20,000 bases of DNA from an uncultured virus (IMG/VR IMGVR_UViG_3300042338_000192). Taxonomy: Duplodnaviria > Heunggongvirae > Uroviricota > Caudoviricetes. The notes under the pieces are model-generated. The model was not told the origin of the DNA. It saw nothing but the letters and a program-made list of their open reading frames with translations, and made no database searches. Each line of letters starts with the position of its first letter. Position 1 is the first letter of the stretch. The DNA lies in IMG/VR virus record IMGVR_UViG_3300042338_000192, positions 46,325 through 66,324 of that record, one strand, 5' to 3'. This document shows positions 7,460 through 14,755 of this stretch, one piece after another. Made by a program: the position numbers and the translations under genes.

Positions 7460-7848
7460 ACCCTCTTTGGATTGTGGCAATTGCAGTTGGGATCTTCTTT
7501 ACTAAAGACTGTCAAGACTTCATAAAAGAAGCTGATGAGGATTTTAAGAAGAAGAAAAAACTTGAAGCTATAAAAGCTAAACGTGAATTAAGACGTTTAG
7601 CAAAGGAGGCTAAGTGGAATGGTTATATTGTTCTAGAAGGTCACTATCCAGTGGACAAAAAAGATAAACCACCGGAATATACTTTCAGTGCTAAAAAGTT
7701 AGATGTTGAAGATATCTATCTTTTAAAGGAATTTGTAAAAGATGGAATAAGTGTTTATCCAGTTGTAAATTTAAAAGGGTCCCTCAACCCGATCTATATA
7801 GGCAAAAAGGATTACGAACTACTTAAAGAGCTTCGAACACTGCCATAG
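7456..7848 (+). CDS. Hypothetical protein with N-terminal membrane anchor and Lys-rich helix (130 aa)
   Basis: AGGAGG SD; NPLWIVAIAVGIFF anchor. Confidence 0.7.
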   Translation: MNPLWIVAIAVGIFFTKDCQDFIKEADEDFKKKKKLEAIKAKRELRRLAKEAKWNGYIVLEGHYPVDKKDKPPEYTFSAKKLDVEDIYLLKEFVKDGISVYPVVNLKGSLNPIYIGKKDYELLKELRTLP

Positions 7849-7885
7849 AAAGTCAGAGTCTGTTGACTCTGTAAGTAAGAATATC

Positions 7886-7960
7886 CCCTCCCACATCCCT
7901 AATACATTCCCTTAATTGGGGGTGTATTAGGGATGTGGGAGGGTTAACCCTTATTTTTTT
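7886..7960 (+). repeat. Long inverted repeat (26-bp arms, 6-nt loop) followed by a GGGTTAACCC palindrome and T-tract; terminator, RNase III site or cruciform candidate
   Basis: CCCTCCCACATCCCTAATACATTCCC-TTAATT-GGGGGTGTATTAGGGATGTGGGAGGG (7886-7943): 24 Watson-Crick pairs plus 2 G.U. Confidence 0.85.
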
Positions 7961-7966
7961 CTTTCT

Positions 7967-8095
7967 ATGACTAATACATTAAATTATGCGGCAACAGTAT
8001 GGTTAGCTTCCGTATTATTCGGATTGACTACACCTGTAGTAATTATGGCAACAGTAGTACATTTAGTAAATAGTGGTGACAATGCCGATATTTAA
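7967..8095 (+). CDS. Possible small hydrophobic protein (42 aa, MTNTLNYAAT...)
   Basis: Open frame with one TM-like segment filling the gap before the RNAP gene; no clear SD. Confidence 0.35.
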   Translation: MTNTLNYAATVWLASVLFGLTTPVVIMATVVHLVNSGDNADI

Positions 8096-8145
8096 TTTAT
8101 TACTACTATGTGCGTTCTCCAGTATTTTAAACAGCAAAGGATCAG

Positions 8146-10365
8146 ATGAGAATACAACTATTGAAGTCATTAAAAAGAAGGATGCAATTAGAAATAGCTC
8201 CTCAAAGTCCGCTAAAATTTCTAAAAGAAATTGACTTAGAAAGCGTATTAGATGTAATAATATCTAACGTATACTTATACACTCGTCCAAAGAGAGGTGC
8301 TGTAAACAAACAAATATTAATGGTAGAAGTCATTAGCATTATTGGGCATTCAGTAAGACGAGGTTTAAAGAAAGATTCATCTGTTGCGGCTAAGACTGGT
8401 GCATTCATACTATACTCATTTGAAGAGCTTGGAATGCTTAGAGCAGTACTAGGTTCTGCTGGTAATGGTCATGCAACATATATTGTAGAAGTCTTAGATG
8501 ATGCGACAATACAATTACTATGGGAAAGTGTAAGCAGAGAAGGTGCCAAGGGTAAATTACCTTCAGTAACACCATATGAATCTTATACAGAATTCAAACA
8601 CCCTACTGGACAAGTATTAGTCAAGACGGGTAATAAAGATGTTCCAACAAAATTAACACCTGCAACACATCCTATAGTATTTGATTCAGTAAATAAGAGC
8701 TTAAATACGGGTTGGCAAATAAACAAAGAAGTTTATAATGTTTCTAAATGGGCATTGAATAACCATACTGATGCATTTAGTGATATATGGGAGCAGCAAA
8801 ATCCTCAAGCTAAGACTACTAAATTAAGGGAAACAAAAGCTATTCTATCTATAGCAGATAAGTTCATGGATACTGTATTTTACCATATGTATTACCTTGA
8901 TTTCCGTGGAAGGAAATATCCAACAACGGCATATCTCCATGAACAATCTAGTGATATTGCTAAAGGTCTTTTAATGCGTCAAGATAAGAAAGTAATTGGT
9001 GAAGAGGGTTTCTTTTGGCTATGTGTATCTATCGCCAGTAACTGGGCAGGTTCATCAGGACGTGAAGATGGTGCAAAGACGGATAAGATCAATCTCAAAG
9101 ACCGATATCAGTGGGTATTAGACAATCAAGAGATTTTATTATCATATGCAGAAAGTCCAAAAGTAAATCAAGGATGGATGTCAGGAGATAAGCCATGGCA
9201 ATTCTTAAGTGCATGTATTGAATTAAGAAATGCTTTAAAATTGGGACCAAGATATTTAGAGTATGAGTCACATGTTGAATGTTTTATTGACGGATCAACG
9301 AACGGCTCACAACATTTATCTGCATTAACAAGAGATGAAATAACAGCTCCATATGTTAATTTAATTCCATTAGAACTTCCAGGTGATTTATATGCATATG
9401 TTGCCGAACATGTATGGAATAAAATATCTAATGACATAGCAAGAATGCCAGCGGATTTAATCTTTCAATGTGAAGATTTTATAGATGGCTTAATTAAATT
9501 AAAGAAAAAGATTACTGCATCCGAACCTAAGTCTGAAATTAGGAATCAACTAGTAGCTCAAATTAAAGCCTATAAACAACAATGGGCTGATATTGGCTCT
9601 GTTGCAGCACCTGTATTTTGGAATCGTATAAAGGATTTGAAACAAAGAAGGAAGATAGTTAAAAGAAACACTATGACTCTTCCTTATGGAGGTAGCAGCT
9701 ATGGATTGGGAGAGCAACAAATCCTTGATGCAAAAAAGCATGGAATAGACTTGCTACTTCATATGGAGCATAAATGGGGAGCTTGGCTGGGCAGATTAGT
9801 ATTTGAAGATTGTAAAGCTTCATTAGAGAAGCCAATGAGGCTGTTAAATATATTTGAGAATGCCGGAAGAAACTGTGAGAAAATTGAAGAATTTTTATCA
9901 TGGAATGTTCCAATAGTAAACTTTCCTGTGGTACAAAATTATACAGAAGGTAAAGTTAAAAAGATTTATGTACAGTATGGGCCACCAGTTGGGTCACGTA
10001 AATCTACAGGTTATTATGAAAACACTTTTCAATTAGCAATATGTTTTATTGAAGATGTGGTTCCTAGTAAAGGTAAGCAGTCTCAAGGAGCAGCACCTAA
10101 CGTTATTCATAGTTTAGATGCAGCACACTTAGCACTTACTACACACCGTTGTGATTTTACAATTACAACAATTCATGACAGCTATGGTTGTTTATTTGCT
10201 GACATGCCAAATCTCTTTAGAATAGTTCGCGAGACATTTGTAGAACTTTATAAAGATAATCCATTGTTTCCAATAATGGATGATATTGACGGAGATCTTA
10301 CTTATCTTGAGATGGGTGATCTTGATATTAATTTAATTCTAGAAAGCGAATACGCTTTCGCATAG
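8146..10365 (+). CDS. T7/T3-family single-subunit DNA-dependent RNA polymerase (short N-terminal domain)
   Basis: DFRGRKY (T7 DWRGRVY), DGSTNGSQH (motif A, D537), RRKIVKRNTMTLPYG (motif B, K631/Y639), APNVIHSLDAAH, IHDSYG (motif C, D812), C-terminal SEYAFA (T7 SDFAFA). Confidence 0.97.
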   Translation: MRIQLLKSLKRRMQLEIAPQSPLKFLKEIDLESVLDVIISNVYLYTRPKRGAVNKQILMVEVISIIGHSVRRGLKKDSSVAAKTGAFILYSFEELGMLRAVLGSAGNGHATYIVEVLDDATIQLLWESVSREGAKGKLPSVTPYESYTEFKHPTGQVLVKTGNKDVPTKLTPATHPIVFDSVNKSLNTGWQINKEVYNVSKWALNNHTDAFSDIWEQQNPQAKTTKLRETKAILSIADKFMDTVFYHMYYLDFRGRKYPTTAYLHEQSSDIAKGLLMRQDKKVIGEEGFFWLCVSIASNWAGSSGREDGAKTDKINLKDRYQWVLDNQEILLSYAESPKVNQGWMSGDKPWQFLSACIELRNALKLGPRYLEYESHVECFIDGSTNGSQHLSALTRDEITAPYVNLIPLELPGDLYAYVAEHVWNKISNDIARMPADLIFQCEDFIDGLIKLKKKITASEPKSEIRNQLVAQIKAYKQQWADIGSVAAPVFWNRIKDLKQRRKIVKRNTMTLPYGGSSYGLGEQQILDAKKHGIDLLLHMEHKWGAWLGRLVFEDCKASLEKPMRLLNIFENAGRNCEKIEEFLSWNVPIVNFPVVQNYTEGKVKKIYVQYGPPVGSRKSTGYYENTFQLAICFIEDVVPSKGKQSQGAAPNVIHSLDAAHLALTTHRCDFTITTIHDSYGCLFADMPNLFRIVRETFVELYKDNPLFPIMDDIDGDLTYLEMGDLDINLILESEYAFA

Positions 10366-10373
10366 GAGTTTAT

Positions 10374-10658
10374 ATGACACAGCCACAAAGATTTACAATA
10401 CATGAATACGCAGAATTGACTGGAACAACACCTAATACTGTTCGTACACGTATCGTAAAAAGTCAAGCAGATCCAGTAGATTCTATACGTAATAAAAACG
10501 GTAGCATAACTTATGTTTATAGTGGTGTTGATTTAAAAGCATGTATGCATAACTTAAGAAAGAAAGAGAGAGAAGCCATTGAGATCACAAATCCGATGTG
10601 CAAGTTTCTTGCTAACCCGATAATGCCTGTTGGCAAATGGTATGGATTTGCGGTATGA
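10374..10658 (+). CDS. Small HTH DNA-binding protein (Xis/MerR-like fold)
   Basis: FTIHEYAELTGTTPNTVRTRI helix-turn-helix pattern; SD AGGAG. Confidence 0.55.
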   Translation: MTQPQRFTIHEYAELTGTTPNTVRTRIVKSQADPVDSIRNKNGSITYVYSGVDLKACMHNLRKKEREAIEITNPMCKFLANPIMPVGKWYGFAV

Positions 10659-10858
10659 GCAATGTAATAGGTTTAACACAACCAAAGAAGAAACACGAAG
10701 TAAAGATACTAAACATTGCTGTTGGCCATAAAGCTGACTACTCTGAACTACAAGCATTAATGGAATCTGAATATGAATTAACAGATGTAATTACAACAGG
10801 TGGTACAGAAGGTTACCACGGATCTTACACAATTTTTATCTTACAAAAATGGGGTTAA
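10655..10858 (+). CDS. Hypothetical protein (67 aa from ATG10655)
   Basis: ATGA overlap with the upstream gene. Confidence 0.55.
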   Translation: MSNVIGLTQPKKKHEVKILNIAVGHKADYSELQALMESEYELTDVITTGGTEGYHGSYTIFILQKWG

Positions 10859-10859
10859 T

Positions 10860-11177
10860 ATGTTTATTTCAAAAGAAGAATCCAATGCTTTTTTGTTGAA
10901 TAATTGCCTTGGGAAAAAGCTTTATGCACATGTTATTTGGAATTGTAATGGCGTTGTCGAAGTTGTTTCAACATTTACAGAAAATGACATTAAAGATGTT
11001 TTTGAAGATTTTAACGGACGTGTGGAAGACTTCATGAAAGTGTGTCGTAGCTGCGACCCGAATTCTTTTTGTCAGCGAGTAGATCAAGAAGAGATTGATC
11101 CAGGATGTAATTTTGAAATCTTCATCGTCAAAGGCGATGATTGGTCTTATCAAATTAATTTCGTGGAGGTTTACTGA
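10860..11177 (+). CDS. Hypothetical protein (105 aa from ATG10860)
   Basis: Starts 1 nt after the upstream stop; ORF track frame 10800-11177. Confidence 0.6.
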   Translation: MFISKEESNAFLLNNCLGKKLYAHVIWNCNGVVEVVSTFTENDIKDVFEDFNGRVEDFMKVCRSCDPNSFCQRVDQEEIDPGCNFEIFIVKGDDWSYQINFVEVY

Positions 11178-11178
11178 T

Positions 11179-11526
11179 ATGCCGACAACGATTGCAGAGT
11201 TACTTGTGGCAGCTTACGAGAAAATAGGCTACTTGACACTGACCGATGAAGATGCTGTATCAGGTCCAAAGGAAGTATATACCCTGGGTTTGCATGCGCG
11301 AGTCTATTATCAAAATAAAGCTGCGCATGAGGTAAGTGGCCCTGTGTATGATATGATAAACACGATTATGGTTAATCCAGTAACTGATGAAGTAGAGGTT
11401 TCTTTTGAGACAGCTAGTAGCTGTTGTGGTATTTCGGCTTGTGTGAATACCGAGGTAAATCCCTTACAGCTGTATTCACCAATTCCTCCGCGACTCATTG
11501 TTAAATTCTACAAAGAGCTGGAATAG
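11179..11526 (+). CDS. Hypothetical protein (115 aa from ATG11179)
   Basis: SD GGAGGT; starts 1 nt after the upstream stop. Confidence 0.65.
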   Translation: MPTTIAELLVAAYEKIGYLTLTDEDAVSGPKEVYTLGLHARVYYQNKAAHEVSGPVYDMINTIMVNPVTDEVEVSFETASSCCGISACVNTEVNPLQLYSPIPPRLIVKFYKELE

Positions 11527-11532
11527 CTAATA

Positions 11533-11559
11533 AAAGCCTGAGTATGCTTTAACTGCTCA
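11533..11559 (+). promoter_or_regulatory. Compact H-type pseudoknot candidate upstream of the hydrolase RBS
   Basis: S1 AAAGC(11533-37)/GCTTT(11546-50); S2 TGAGTA(11539-44)/TGCTCA(11554-59). Confidence 0.45.
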
Positions 11560-11579
11560 AAACAAAAATGGAGGAAAGT

Positions 11580-11954
11580 ATGTTAACATCAATAGGTTGT
11601 CTCGTAGCTGTAATGTATTTCGAGGCAAGAAACCAACCAGTTGATACTATGTTAGGTGTAGGTCAAGTATTAATTGAACACGCACGTCCAGGAGAAAATC
11701 TATGTCATGTTATTCAACGTGATCCAGGTTTGTTTACATGGGCACGACATGGTATGAAAACACCCCACCCTAAAGGTAAAGCCGATAGAGATGTGTTGGA
11801 TAAGCAATATGAATTGGCGCGAAAAATGTTATTCAGAAATCTCAGAACTACTAAATTAACAGAAGGCTATACGCATTTTAATAATGTGCCTTTAGGCAAG
11901 CGCTTCAGAACAAATGTTAAAATGGTAAAAATTGGCGATTTATTATTTTTCTAA
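11580..11954 (+). CDS. SleB/CwlJ-like (Hydrolase_2) cell-wall hydrolase
   Basis: CLVAVMYFEARNQ (catalytic Glu), C.VI.....FTW, GYTHF, KIGDLLFF; SD GGAGG favours ATG11580 (ORF track start 11568). Confidence 0.75.
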   Translation: MLTSIGCLVAVMYFEARNQPVDTMLGVGQVLIEHARPGENLCHVIQRDPGLFTWARHGMKTPHPKGKADRDVLDKQYELARKMLFRNLRTTKLTEGYTHFNNVPLGKRFRTNVKMVKIGDLLFF

Positions 11955-11964
11955 GGAGAACCAA

Positions 11965-12231
11965 ATGGATAATATTCTGAGTACGATTAACTATGTTTTA
12001 AATTTAGAGATAGACGCATTTGAGGAATACGTCTGTGACCAGTGGAATGATGAAACATTCACACCACGAAATAAACATATGCTTGATAGAGCATTACTAG
12101 ATAGTAATATTGATCATATGTATAAAACCGCTTACTTAGCTGGAGAAGAATATGTTACATTAGTAGCATTTGAGAATAAAGTCAAGAGTCTGACTTTGAA
12201 TCAACAACAACAATCGGCAATGTGGAAATAA
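11965..12231 (+). CDS. Hypothetical protein (88 aa from ATG11965)
   Basis: SD TAAGGAG. Confidence 0.65.
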   Translation: MDNILSTINYVLNLEIDAFEEYVCDQWNDETFTPRNKHMLDRALLDSNIDHMYKTAYLAGEEYVTLVAFENKVKSLTLNQQQQSAMWK

Positions 12232-12233
12232 TT

Positions 12234-12383
12234 ATGTTTAAAGATATTTGTCAAGCCATGTTTTCATTGGCGGTGGTAATACCATTATTTGTATTGCTAT
12301 TCATTTTTTATATTCCTCTTAGAATCTTTGGAATTGATATATTAAAAATTATAGAGGTAAAAATAGATGATGTCTTACGGTGA
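12234..12383 (+). CDS. Small membrane protein (49 aa, MFKDICQAMF...), not in the ORF track
   Basis: Long hydrophobic stretch; fills the gap after 12231. Confidence 0.5.
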   Translation: MFKDICQAMFSLAVVIPLFVLLFIFYIPLRIFGIDILKIIEVKIDDVLR

Positions 12384-12546
12384 TATAGCACTATGGTGCT
12401 CATTACTTTTTGTAATGTATAAGAATATTCATTGGTATAAGGTTGCGCGTACACAATCTGAACTGAATGAAAAACTTCAAGATAAGATTGCTGAACTTGA
12501 AACGATTATAATTATTCATGGAATCAAAAATGAGAGTAAGCACTAG
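12367..12546 (+). CDS. Small protein with N-terminal hydrophobic helix and coiled coil (59 aa, MMSYGDIALW...), not in the ORF track
   Basis: SD GAGGT; SELNEKLQDKIAELE heptad pattern. Confidence 0.55.
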   Translation: MMSYGDIALWCSLLFVMYKNIHWYKVARTQSELNEKLQDKIAELETIIIIHGIKNESKH

Positions 12547-12724
12547 AGATGTAATGATTAGATTAGGTATCAACCAGATGCAACTAGGTATGGCATTGTA
12601 TTCAGGACGATTACCTAATCATGGAGCAGATGCCACATGGGATAAAGAATCCATTGAACCATATTTAGTTAATTGGGAAAGACAACTTAAAGCTAAAGAA
12701 AGAACAGGTATAAGAAATGATTAG
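12530..12724 (+). CDS. Small AlpA/Xis-like DNA-binding protein
   Basis: STRDVMIRLGI...Y.GRLP......W pattern resembles AlpA/excisionase winged HTH; start 12518 or 12530. Confidence 0.45.
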   Translation: MRVSTRDVMIRLGINQMQLGMALYSGRLPNHGADATWDKESIEPYLVNWERQLKAKERTGIRND

Positions 12725-12896
12725 TCAAATGCAATATCAATTATTAGAAGCTGTAAGCTGTAAACTTTTAGAAAACATGGTAGTAGAGCTATTGCACCAA
12801 GGTTGGATGCCACTGGGCGGAGTTGCAGCATGCGCACCTCCCGATGTTACTCCACTTTATGTTCAAGCTATGGTACGAGATAATGCTAGTGCTTAA
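12717..12896 (+). CDS. DUF1737-like small protein (59 aa), not in the ORF track
   Basis: MISQMQYQLL...VVELLHQGWMPLGG...YVQAMV fits the Y..L...V...L..GW...G.....Y.QA.V pattern. Confidence 0.6.
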   Translation: MISQMQYQLLEAVSCKLLENMVVELLHQGWMPLGGVAACAPPDVTPLYVQAMVRDNASA

Positions 12897-13032
12897 AGAA
12901 GAAGTAATTGAAGTACTTAGTTTGCTTAAGCTATTAAGAGCAATGCTAGGTGAAGGCAAAAGTGGATACGAGGATTCTGTAGCAACAGTTGATCGTTATA
13001 TTAATTTATTTTCAGAATGGTTAAAAGCATGA
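12883..13032 (+). CDS. Hypothetical protein (49 aa from ATG12883)
   Basis: Overlap-coupled to both neighbours. Confidence 0.5.
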   Translation: MLVLKEEVIEVLSLLKLLRAMLGEGKSGYEDSVATVDRYINLFSEWLKA

Positions 13033-13427
13033 TTACATTTAGACAAAACTCACATGTACGCGACTTCTTTTATGGAAAAGAAGATCATCCGCATTGGAAA
13101 CCACTGTGGCAACACTTTTCAAACATCTTAATGAGCACACATGATGCTGCAGGTTACATTCATGAATTTGGCGGTAATCTTCATATTCTAGAATCTTTTG
13201 GAGATTTCTTGCATGTAACATTTATGGGCATGGATGATAATGGTGTATTTAGAGAAACTAATCTTGCGTTAGATCCTGGTTCATTTGATATTGCTCGAAA
13301 AATCGAAGACTCTGACTGGTATGAGTTTCATTTCATCACTACAAATGCAGGCGGTCCGGTTTGGTTCATTCCAGAAGAACTTGCTAAAGTAAATGAAAAC
13401 GTGCAAGAATCAGTAAATATTTCCTAA
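13029..13427 (+). CDS. Hypothetical phage protein (132 aa from ATG13029)
   Basis: ATGA overlap; ITTNAGGPVWFIP segment. Confidence 0.7.
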   Translation: MITFRQNSHVRDFFYGKEDHPHWKPLWQHFSNILMSTHDAAGYIHEFGGNLHILESFGDFLHVTFMGMDDNGVFRETNLALDPGSFDIARKIEDSDWYEFHFITTNAGGPVWFIPEELAKVNENVQESVNIS

Positions 13428-13434
13428 TAAATGT

Positions 13435-13475
13435 GGGTCTCTATAAATGCTTAGAGACCCCGTTAAATTAACCCT
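13435..13475 (+). promoter_or_regulatory. 9-bp hairpin plus motif B upstream of the replication module
   Basis: GGGTCTCTA-TAAATGCT-TAGAGACCC (13435-13460) overlapping CCCGTTAAATTAACCCT (13459-13475). Confidence 0.6.
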
Positions 13476-13503
13476 AATTCAGAAATCAAAAGAGAGAACA
13501 GCA

Positions 13504-13995
13504 ATGGCAAAGTTATATGACGTAGAAATTTATTTCGCTAAACTTGGTAAACCAAACGGCAAGTTTAATAAAGAAAATCCTACATGGGAACTCCAAATTC
13601 GGACTACCGACAAAGAGAAAAAGAAAGAATGGGAAGCTATTGGATTGACTGTCAAGGCTATCGTTCCAGATGATGGTGATACATATTTCAGAGCTAATCT
13701 GAAAAAGAAGTCTATTAAATCAGACGGTACACCAAATGAACCTGTGAAATTGATTGATGGTAAATTAAGACCTATTGATCCCAACACGATTGGAAATGGA
13801 TCCATCGGTAATATTCGTGTATTTGAATACGAATATAAAGATCCAATGGGGGTTACAAAGAAAGGCTTTACCCTTATGACAGTACAATTAACAAAGCATA
13901 TAGTATATACTCCACGTATCAGCGAAGATGATTTCGGTGAGACAGAATATGAACGTGAATTCAGCAGTAATGAAACTGACGATGACGTATTCTAA
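13504..13995 (+). CDS. T7 gp2.5-like single-stranded DNA-binding protein
   Basis: IGNGSIGNI motif, acidic tail ending in Phe (ETDDDVF), position before the DNA polymerase; ATG13504 preferred over 13447, which lies inside the hairpin. Confidence 0.75.
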   Translation: MAKLYDVEIYFAKLGKPNGKFNKENPTWELQIRTTDKEKKKEWEAIGLTVKAIVPDDGDTYFRANLKKKSIKSDGTPNEPVKLIDGKLRPIDPNTIGNGSIGNIRVFEYEYKDPMGVTKKGFTLMTVQLTKHIVYTPRISEDDFGETEYEREFSSNETDDDVF

Positions 13996-13999
13996 ATAT

Positions 14000-14704
14000 A
14001 TGATAAATTATACATACAAAATACTTAATAAAGATCACCAATTTGTAGCTTTTATTAGAGAATGTGAATTAGATAGTATGATTTCTAATTTTAAAGACGG
14101 ATATTTTATAAAAGCAGAAACAAATAATATGCCGCTTCAAAGAATTTCTTTTATTAGAAATGTTGATGAACTTGATGCGTGGTATGAACAAATAGATCGA
14201 AGACATTGGAAAAAGAAAGAGCGTACAATTTCATTTTTATATGATCTTCAAATAGTATATAAAGCAACTATTAATGAATATTTAAATGAGAATATTCGTG
14301 ATGTTACTGAGTATAATTTAAACAATGACCATTTAACCGCAGTAATTACAGAAAGTAATGGAAACGAAATTGTATTCCATGACGAAGAAGCTTTAGATAA
14401 TTATCTAATGAATTATCGTAAAAAAACTCAAGAAGTAAATAATGCAGTAGACCCTAAGCATTATAAGGGATATGTAGATGAATTACAATGGTTAGACACA
14501 ATGAGTAGAATACCTACACTGCGTGATCCAGTGAAATTCGAAGCAGCAGTTGAATTACAAATAAGAAAATACCTTGACCGTAATGGTCAAAAGGATGATT
14601 CTCTACAAGAACTCCAAAAAGCTTTATGGTACTTAAAGTACCTAATCGCCTATAAAAAGGCCGGCAGACCGATAAAGGTTGGAGAAGTAGAAAGCATCCT
14701 ATAA
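14000..14704 (+). CDS. Protein with C-terminal DUF3310 (T7 gp1.7-like nucleotide kinase) domain
   Basis: NAVDPKHY...KYLDRNGQKDDSLQELQKALWYL; ATG14000 follows the SSB stop. Confidence 0.7.
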   Translation: MINYTYKILNKDHQFVAFIRECELDSMISNFKDGYFIKAETNNMPLQRISFIRNVDELDAWYEQIDRRHWKKKERTISFLYDLQIVYKATINEYLNENIRDVTEYNLNNDHLTAVITESNGNEIVFHDEEALDNYLMNYRKKTQEVNNAVDPKHYKGYVDELQWLDTMSRIPTLRDPVKFEAAVELQIRKYLDRNGQKDDSLQELQKALWYLKYLIAYKKAGRPIKVGEVESIL

Positions 14705-14711
14705 CAAAATC

Positions 14712-14744
14712 GGCACCTCACTAATACTGGGGTGCCTTTTATTT
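14712..14744 (+). terminator. Terminator-like hairpin immediately upstream of the DNA polymerase
   Basis: GGCACCTCA-CTAATAC-TGGGGTGCC, then TTTTATTT. Confidence 0.75.
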
Positions 14745-14755
14745 GGAAATTATAT

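Noticed and set aside
12202..12213. CAA x4 microsatellite
   Set aside because: Too short to be meaningful; encodes QQQQ.
14716..14727. CCTCACTAA resembling the T3 promoter core
   Set aside because: Single occurrence inside a terminator stem-loop without the flanking promoter sequence; likely chance.
13447..14755. ORF-track starts at 13447, 13928 and 14732
   Set aside because: They fall inside hairpins or overlap the upstream gene; ATG13504, ATG14000 and ATG14756 fit better.
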